The position numbers and the translations under genes are program-made. A stretch of DNA of 10,371 bases, from the IMG/VR virus record IMGVR_UViG_2565956719_000006. The stretch is one strand, 5' to 3'. Below are positions 6,954 through 10,371 of the stretch, one piece after another. Numbering within the stretch: the first letter of the stretch is position 1; each line of letters begins with the position of its first letter. The DNA comes from a virus (taxonomy: Duplodnaviria; Heunggongvirae; Uroviricota; Caudoviricetes). The notes under the pieces are model-generated. The model saw only the letters and a program-made list of their open reading frames with translations. It ran no database searches and was not told where the DNA came from.

Positions 6954-7466
6954 ATGGGAGCGATTTATGTTAAACGTTTGATTCTGTCGGTAGCACTGAT
7001 AATACCGATAGCATCCAATGCTTCTGATGCTTTGAACCAGCCGAGCAGTAGTCTAAATGATGGTGTTGAGACTTTTTTTATTTCCTGCTTTGATATGCCT
7101 CAGGAAACAACTACTGATATGGACGCTTGTCAGAGAGTTCAGTTAGCTCAGGTTAGTTGGGTTAAGAATAAGTATTCGGTGGCCGCCCTGAATCGTTTGA
7201 AACAAGACAACAAGGATGATCCACAGCGTCTGCAGGAATTAACTGCTTCTTTTAACGCGGAAAGTGAAGCTTGGACAGAATTAATTGAGAAAGCGTCAAA
7301 GTCCGTCCAGGTTGATTATGCAGGAGGAACTATAGCTGGCACTGCAGTTGCATCACGTCAAATTGGTCTTCTGGAATTACAATCCCACGATATCTGGGAG
7401 CACTGGCTACGATTCGAGGACTCAACTCCTCCTCTTTTGCCAGAACCAAAGTTCAAATCTGAGTAA
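6954..7466 (+). CDS. Secreted/periplasmic protein with Sec signal peptide (possibly DUF1311/LprI-like), moron
   Basis: 170-aa ORF with SD GAGGGG. N-terminus KRLILSVALIIPIASNA|SDA is a typical signal peptide. Two Cys in the mature N-terminal part. Own intrinsic terminator downstream. Confidence 0.75.
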   Translation: MGAIYVKRLILSVALIIPIASNASDALNQPSSSLNDGVETFFISCFDMPQETTTDMDACQRVQLAQVSWVKNKYSVAALNRLKQDNKDDPQRLQELTASFNAESEAWTELIEKASKSVQVDYAGGTIAGTAVASRQIGLLELQSHDIWEHWLRFEDSTPPLLPEPKFKSE

Positions 7467-7493
7467 TAAGTCATCCAGATTGTTAAAGAGCGA

Positions 7494-7517
7494 AGCGTCC
7501 TATAGGGCGCTTTTTTG
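7494..7517 (+). terminator. Rho-independent terminator of the secreted-protein gene
   Basis: AGCGTCC-TATA-GGGCGCT stem (7 bp, one G-U) followed by TTTTTT, about 28 nt after the stop. Confidence 0.6.
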
Positions 7518-7594
7518 TTGCTAACGAATCATCCTGGACTTCATATGCCCCAGGCGGCTACTTCGTGGGCGTCCTGCCTGTTTGTTGTTTCTCT

Positions 7595-7630
7595 TGGGTA
7601 CATTATGTGTCTCAAAGGTACATTGTCAAG
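7595..7630 (-). promoter_or_regulatory. Putative leftward (PL-like) promoter with GTAC-core operator-like repeats
   Basis: Minus strand has TTGACA, an 18-nt spacer and TAATGT. Two direct GGTACATT repeats (7597..7604, 7617..7624) share the GTAC core of the OR palindromes. Confidence 0.3.
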
Positions 7631-7656
7631 TATAAAAAAACCTGCCGAAGCAGGTT
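7631..7656 (-). terminator. Rho-independent terminator downstream of cI
   Basis: On the minus strand, a CCTGC-TTCG-GCAGG hairpin (extendable by two A-U pairs) is followed by a U-run, 13 nt after the cI stop. Confidence 0.6.
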
Positions 7657-7668
7657 CATAAACATTGA

Positions 7669-8343
7669 TTAGGCTTTGATTTTGTATCTTCTTGGTTTTC
7701 CTGAGAAAATCACAGTACCAATTATAGAGCAATTACCGTTGATCTTAATGTAAGGCTCAGGCCAGTTTGGGTTTAACGCTTTGAGATAACGCTGTGTCCC
7801 ATCTTCTATCAACCTTTTGAAGGTGGTTTCACCTGTATCGTGCATCAATGCAATAACGTCGTCACCGTGGCAGGCAGGTACTTCAGGATCGACAAAAATC
7901 ATGTCTCCCGGGCGGTACTCATCAATCATTGAATCACCTATCACCCGCAAGATATAAGTCATTTCCCCACAGGGTACAGGGCAGGGATACGTTTCTGCTG
8001 TGCTCAAATCAACCTCAGAATATCCAACTTCTTTCCATGCTCCGGCCTGTACCCATGATATGACAGGGACTAATGTGATTTGTTTATTAGTGATTGAAAC
8101 ATCAGGTTTTTTTGTGATGTTCGTTGTCTGGTGTTCTTGATCGAGCCATCCGACAGGCAGGTCGAAACATTTTTCGATGTGTCGTGCCATGCTGTCACCG
8201 ATATTTTTAGTAGCACCATCTCCCATAAACCTGCTGGTCTGGGTTGGCTCGCGATCAATCATAGTGGCAAAGGAAGAATTCCCGCCAACACCATCTCTCA
8301 GTTTTCTGGCGTTAGACCGCCGGATGTCATGGATTGTTTTCAT
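7669..8343 (-). CDS. CI-like phage repressor (N-terminal HTH, C-terminal S24 LexA-like autopeptidase)
   Basis: 224 aa. C-terminal domain has catalytic Ser in VIGDSM and Lys in TFKRL, the LexA/CI S24 signature. Divergent from the cro-like gene. Confidence 0.9.
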   Translation of the reverse strand: MKTIHDIRRSNARKLRDGVGGNSSFATMIDREPTQTSRFMGDGATKNIGDSMARHIEKCFDLPVGWLDQEHQTTNITKKPDVSITNKQITLVPVISWVQAGAWKEVGYSEVDLSTAETYPCPVPCGEMTYILRVIGDSMIDEYRPGDMIFVDPEVPACHGDDVIALMHDTGETTFKRLIEDGTQRYLKALNPNWPEPYIKINGNCSIIGTVIFSGKPRRYKIKA

Positions 8344-8434
8344 AACGAAATTAAAACCCTTGTACCGTTAAGGTACAAGTATCTTGAAGGTTCATTTCAA
8401 TCATGTAATATGTACACCGTAGGTACACATTGTA
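8344..8434. promoter_or_regulatory. Immunity switch: OR-like operators with divergent PR and PRM promoters
   Basis: Palindrome CTTGTACC-GTTAA-GGTACAAG at 8359..8379 and imperfect TGTACACCGTAGGTACACA at 8411..8429. PR candidate is TTGAAG (8384..8389), 16 nt, TAATAT (8406..8411). PRM candidate on minus is TTGTAC, 17 nt, TTTAAT, ending 6 nt before the cI ATG, which implies a leaderless cI mRNA as in lambda. Confidence 0.6.
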
Positions 8435-8634
8435 TGAAAGCGTATTGGGACTCTTTAACCAAAGAACAGCAGGGCGAGTTGGCCGGAAAAGTTGGCTCAA
8501 CACCTGGCTACTTACGGCTGGTTTTCAATGGCTATAAAAAAGCCAGTTTTGTGCTGGCTAAAAAACTTGAGCAATGCACGTCAGGTGCAATTACGAAATC
8601 TGACTTAAGACCGGATATCTATCCGAAAGATTAG
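8435..8634 (+). CDS. Cro/YdaS-like small HTH regulator
   Basis: 66 aa from ATG 8435 (MKAYWDSLTKEQQGELAGKVGSTPGYLRLVFNGYKK...ITKSDLRPDIYPKD), position and pattern of a YdaS/Cro-family protein. The longer ORF-track form (8131..8634) would overlap cI and the operators. Confidence 0.75.
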
Positions 8635-8665
8635 CAGAACACTTTCAATTTTTAACCACAGAACG

Positions 8666-9229
8666 ATGAGGCTAACCGTGGGTAAGTATCACTGGAAAAT
8701 AGAAAAACAGCCTGAGTGGTACGTGAAAGCTGTCAGAAAAACGATCGCGGCGTTGCCGGGTGGTTACGCTGAAGCGGCTGACTGGCTCGATGTAACAGAA
8801 AACGCTTTATTCAACCGCCTTCGTGCAGATGGCGATCAGATTTTCCCGCTGGGATGGGCAATGGTTTTACAGCGTGCTGGTGGCACTCACTTCATTGCTG
8901 ATGCTGTGGCGCAGTCTGCAAATGGCGTCTTTGTGTCTCTTCCTGACGTCGAGGATGTGGACAACGCCGATATCAACCAACGCCTGCTGGAGGTCATTGA
9001 ACAGATCGGCAGTTATTCAAAACAGATTCGTTCAGCAATTGAAGACGGTGTAGTGGAACCGCATGAGAAGACAGCAATTAACGATGAGCTGTACCTCTCA
9101 ATTTCGAAGCTGCAGGAGCATGCAGCACTGGTCTACAAAATCTTTTGCGTTTCAGAAAGTAGTGACGCCCGCGAGTGTGCAGCTCCGGGCGCCGTGGCGT
9201 GTCGTGACTGTGGAGAAACTAACGCATGA
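8666..9229 (+). CDS. CII/YdaT-like phage regulatory protein (putative)
   Basis: 187-aa ORF immediately downstream of the cro-like gene. Alternative GTG start at 8678 has a better SD (GAGG). Family assignment is by position and general resemblance only. Confidence 0.6.
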   Translation: MRLTVGKYHWKIEKQPEWYVKAVRKTIAALPGGYAEAADWLDVTENALFNRLRADGDQIFPLGWAMVLQRAGGTHFIADAVAQSANGVFVSLPDVEDVDNADINQRLLEVIEQIGSYSKQIRSAIEDGVVEPHEKTAINDELYLSISKLQEHAALVYKIFCVSESSDARECAAPGAVACRDCGETNA

Positions 9230-9564
9230 ACAGTTTAACAACACACTACCGTCGCTCGCAACTGATTGCGCTTCCTGTACCGGGTGGAAAAGCGAAGGTG
9301 GAGTATTGCTATGCAGTAAATGTACCAGGTGACAGGGAAATTGTAACCCACAGCTTTGCTGAGTGGGCTGTGGGTGATTTCAACCGGCAGAAGGAGACAG
9401 TCCTTTGCGACAAGTTAACCGCTGGTTCAAAGATCACTACGGAGTGCCCGTCAGAGTCATTCGTTGGGAACCGGAAACACAACGGGTTATCTACCTCCGC
9501 GAAGGCTATGAGCATGAATGCTTCAGTCCGCTCGAACAGTTTCGTCGTAAATTCAGGGAAATAG
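9226..9564 (+). CDS. Hypothetical protein, translationally coupled (ATGA overlap) to the CII/YdaT-like gene
   Basis: 112-aa ORF whose ATG overlaps the upstream TGA (ATGA). Its stop is 9 nt before the O-like gene start. No recognisable motif. Confidence 0.5.
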   Translation: MNSLTTHYRRSQLIALPVPGGKAKVEYCYAVNVPGDREIVTHSFAEWAVGDFNRQKETVLCDKLTAGSKITTECPSESFVGNRKHNGLSTSAKAMSMNASVRSNSFVVNSGK

Positions 9565-9573
9565 AGGTCGGTC

Positions 9574-10317
9574 ATGAGCACTAAATTAACCGGCTATGTA
9601 TGGGATGGTTGCGCTGCGTCAGGCATGAAGTTATCCAGCGTGGCAATTATGGCCCGCCTGGCTGATTTCAGTAATGACGAAGGTGTGTGCTGGCCATCAA
9701 TTGAAACCATTGCCCGCCAGATTGGCGCGGGGATGAGTACCGTCAGAACGGCTATCGCACGGCTGGAAGCAGAAGGCTGGTTAACGCGTAAGGCGCGTCG
9801 CCAGGGTAACCGCAATGCGTCGAATGTTTATCAGCTTAACGTTGCGAAGCTTCAGGCAGCGGCATTTTCTCAACTGTCAGATTCTGACCCGTCAAAATCT
9901 GACGCATCAAAATCTGCCCCGTCAAAATTTGATGCGTCGAAATCTGGCAAAAAAGCGGGTTTTCACCCGTCAGAATCTGGCGGGGATCCGTCAGTAAAAT
10001 CAAAACATGATCCGTCAGATAAAAAAACTTCTCGTCCGGACGCTTCGCAACCGGACACGCAGACGGCTGAACAGGAGTTTTTAACTCGCCATCCTGATGC
10101 TGTTGTATTCAGCCCTAAAAAGCGCCAGTGGGGAACGCAGGATGATTTGACCTGCGCACAGTGGCTCTGGAAAAAAATCATCGCCCTGTACGAGCAGGCT
10201 GCCGAATGTGACGGCGAGGTGGTTCGTCCCAAAGAACCGAACTGGACAGCCTGGGCAAACGAAATTCGCCTGATGTGTGAACCGCCCCGGGTTTCCTGGA
10301 GAGTGTTTTATCTGTGA
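9574..10317 (+). CDS. Lambda O-like replication initiator (N-terminal HTH domain, low-complexity linker); C-terminus possibly truncated or chimeric
   Basis: 247 aa with SD AGAGG. The Ser/Asp/Lys/Pro-rich linker coincides with the iteron array. The last 13 codons and the stop lie inside the terminal inverted repeat, which begins at 10277. Confidence 0.8.
   Translation: MSTKLTGYVWDGCAASGMKLSSVAIMARLADFSNDEGVCWPSIETIARQIGAGMSTVRTAIARLEAEGWLTRKARRQGNRNASNVYQLNVAKLQAAAFSQLSDSDPSKSDASKSAPSKFDASKSGKKAGFHPSESGGDPSVKSKHDPSDKKTSRPDASQPDTQTAEQEFLTRHPDAVVFSPKKRQWGTQDDLTCAQWLWKKIIALYEQAAECDGEVVRPKEPNWTAWANEIRLMCEPPRVSWRVFYL
9875..10030. repeat. Origin-of-replication-like iteron array with adjacent A-rich tract inside the O-like gene
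   Basis: At least five tandem ~15-bp imperfect palindromic units (CTGTCAGATTCTGAC, CGTCAAAATCTGACG, CATCAAAATCTGCCC, CGTCAAAATTTGATG, CGTCGAAATCTGGC, CGTCAGAATCTGGCG), then CCGTCAG repeats and AAAAAAA at 10021..10027. This mirrors ori-lambda organisation. Confidence 0.7.
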
Positions 10318-10371
10318 ACTCAGGCTGCCAGATCATCGTTTCCGATGGAAGCATAATAAGCTTTTTCTGCT
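10277..10371. repeat. Right copy of the perfect inverted repeat of at least 95 bp (partner 9..103)
   Basis: Exact reverse complement of 9..103. Runs to the window edge. Confidence 0.9.

Noticed and set aside
6220-6981. Overlapping ORFs in the GC-rich block (6220..6588 +, 6297..6782 +, 6583..6870 -, 6691..6981 +)
   Set aside because: They overlap in several frames, lack SDs, and have low-complexity Pro/Gly/Arg-rich translations typical of chance ORFs in GC-rich DNA. I treat the region as non-coding, though a decayed pseudogene is possible.
7541-7732. 63-aa minus-strand ORF spanning the cI terminator region
   Set aside because: It covers the terminator hairpin and promoter-like sequence and overlaps the cI 3' end; no SD.
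8070-8371. ORFs 8070..8258 (-) and 8177..8371 (+) within or antisense to cI
   Set aside because: Shadow ORFs in alternative frames of the repressor gene.
8131-8634. 167-aa long form of the cro-like ORF
   Set aside because: It would start inside the oppositely oriented cI gene and read through the operators. The ATG at 8435, just downstream of the PR -10, gives a 66-aa Cro/YdaS-sized protein.
8823-9332. ORFs 8823..9053 (+) and 9063..9332 (+)
   Set aside because: Alternative-frame ORFs nested in the CII/YdaT-like gene and the following coupled ORF, with Cys/Arg-rich translations.
9875-10030. CRISPR array
   Set aside because: Repeats are ~15 bp, imperfect, directly tandem with no unique spacers, and lie in-frame inside a replication gene. 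This is an iteron origin.
9309-10232. Minus-strand and alternative-frame ORFs (9309..9581 -, 9594..9815 -, 9815..9997 +, 9963..10232 -)
   Set aside because: They overlap the coupled ORF and the O-like gene; 9815..9997 is the iteron array read in another frame (repetitive QNL translation).

Overview
This window reads as the integrase-to-replication early region of a lambdoid (CPS-53/KplE1- or P22-like) enterobacterial prophage. All calls are from reading the sequence and motifs by eye; no searches or folding were run. Backbone, left to right: a tyrosine integrase and overlapping excisionase (minus strand); early-left genes resembling E. coli yfdR/yfdQ/yfdP (minus); a LexA-like cI repressor; a divergent operator/promoter switch; a Cro/YdaS-like gene; a CII/YdaT-like gene; a coupled small ORF; and an O-like replication gene carrying an internal iteron origin. 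Three accessory insertions interrupt this backbone. The most interesting is a tightly coupled three-gene operon (363..2233, +) encoding a GHKL/Bergerat-fold ATPase, a small STAS-like (DUF4325-like) protein and a membrane-anchored protein, wedged against the integrase 3' end. It resembles an anti-sigma partner-switching pair attached to a membrane component and is my best candidate for an undescribed defence or regulatory system. The other two insertions are a strongly AT-rich polytopic membrane protein gene (3606..4472, -) and a signal-peptide protein gene convergent with cI (6954..7466, +). Other notable signals are a perfect inverted repeat of at least 95 bp at the two window ends, a 25-nt tmRNA (ssrA) 3'-end-like fragment beside a 14-bp palindrome, and a GC-rich 465-bp non-coding block with nested inverted repeats and boxA-like motifs.
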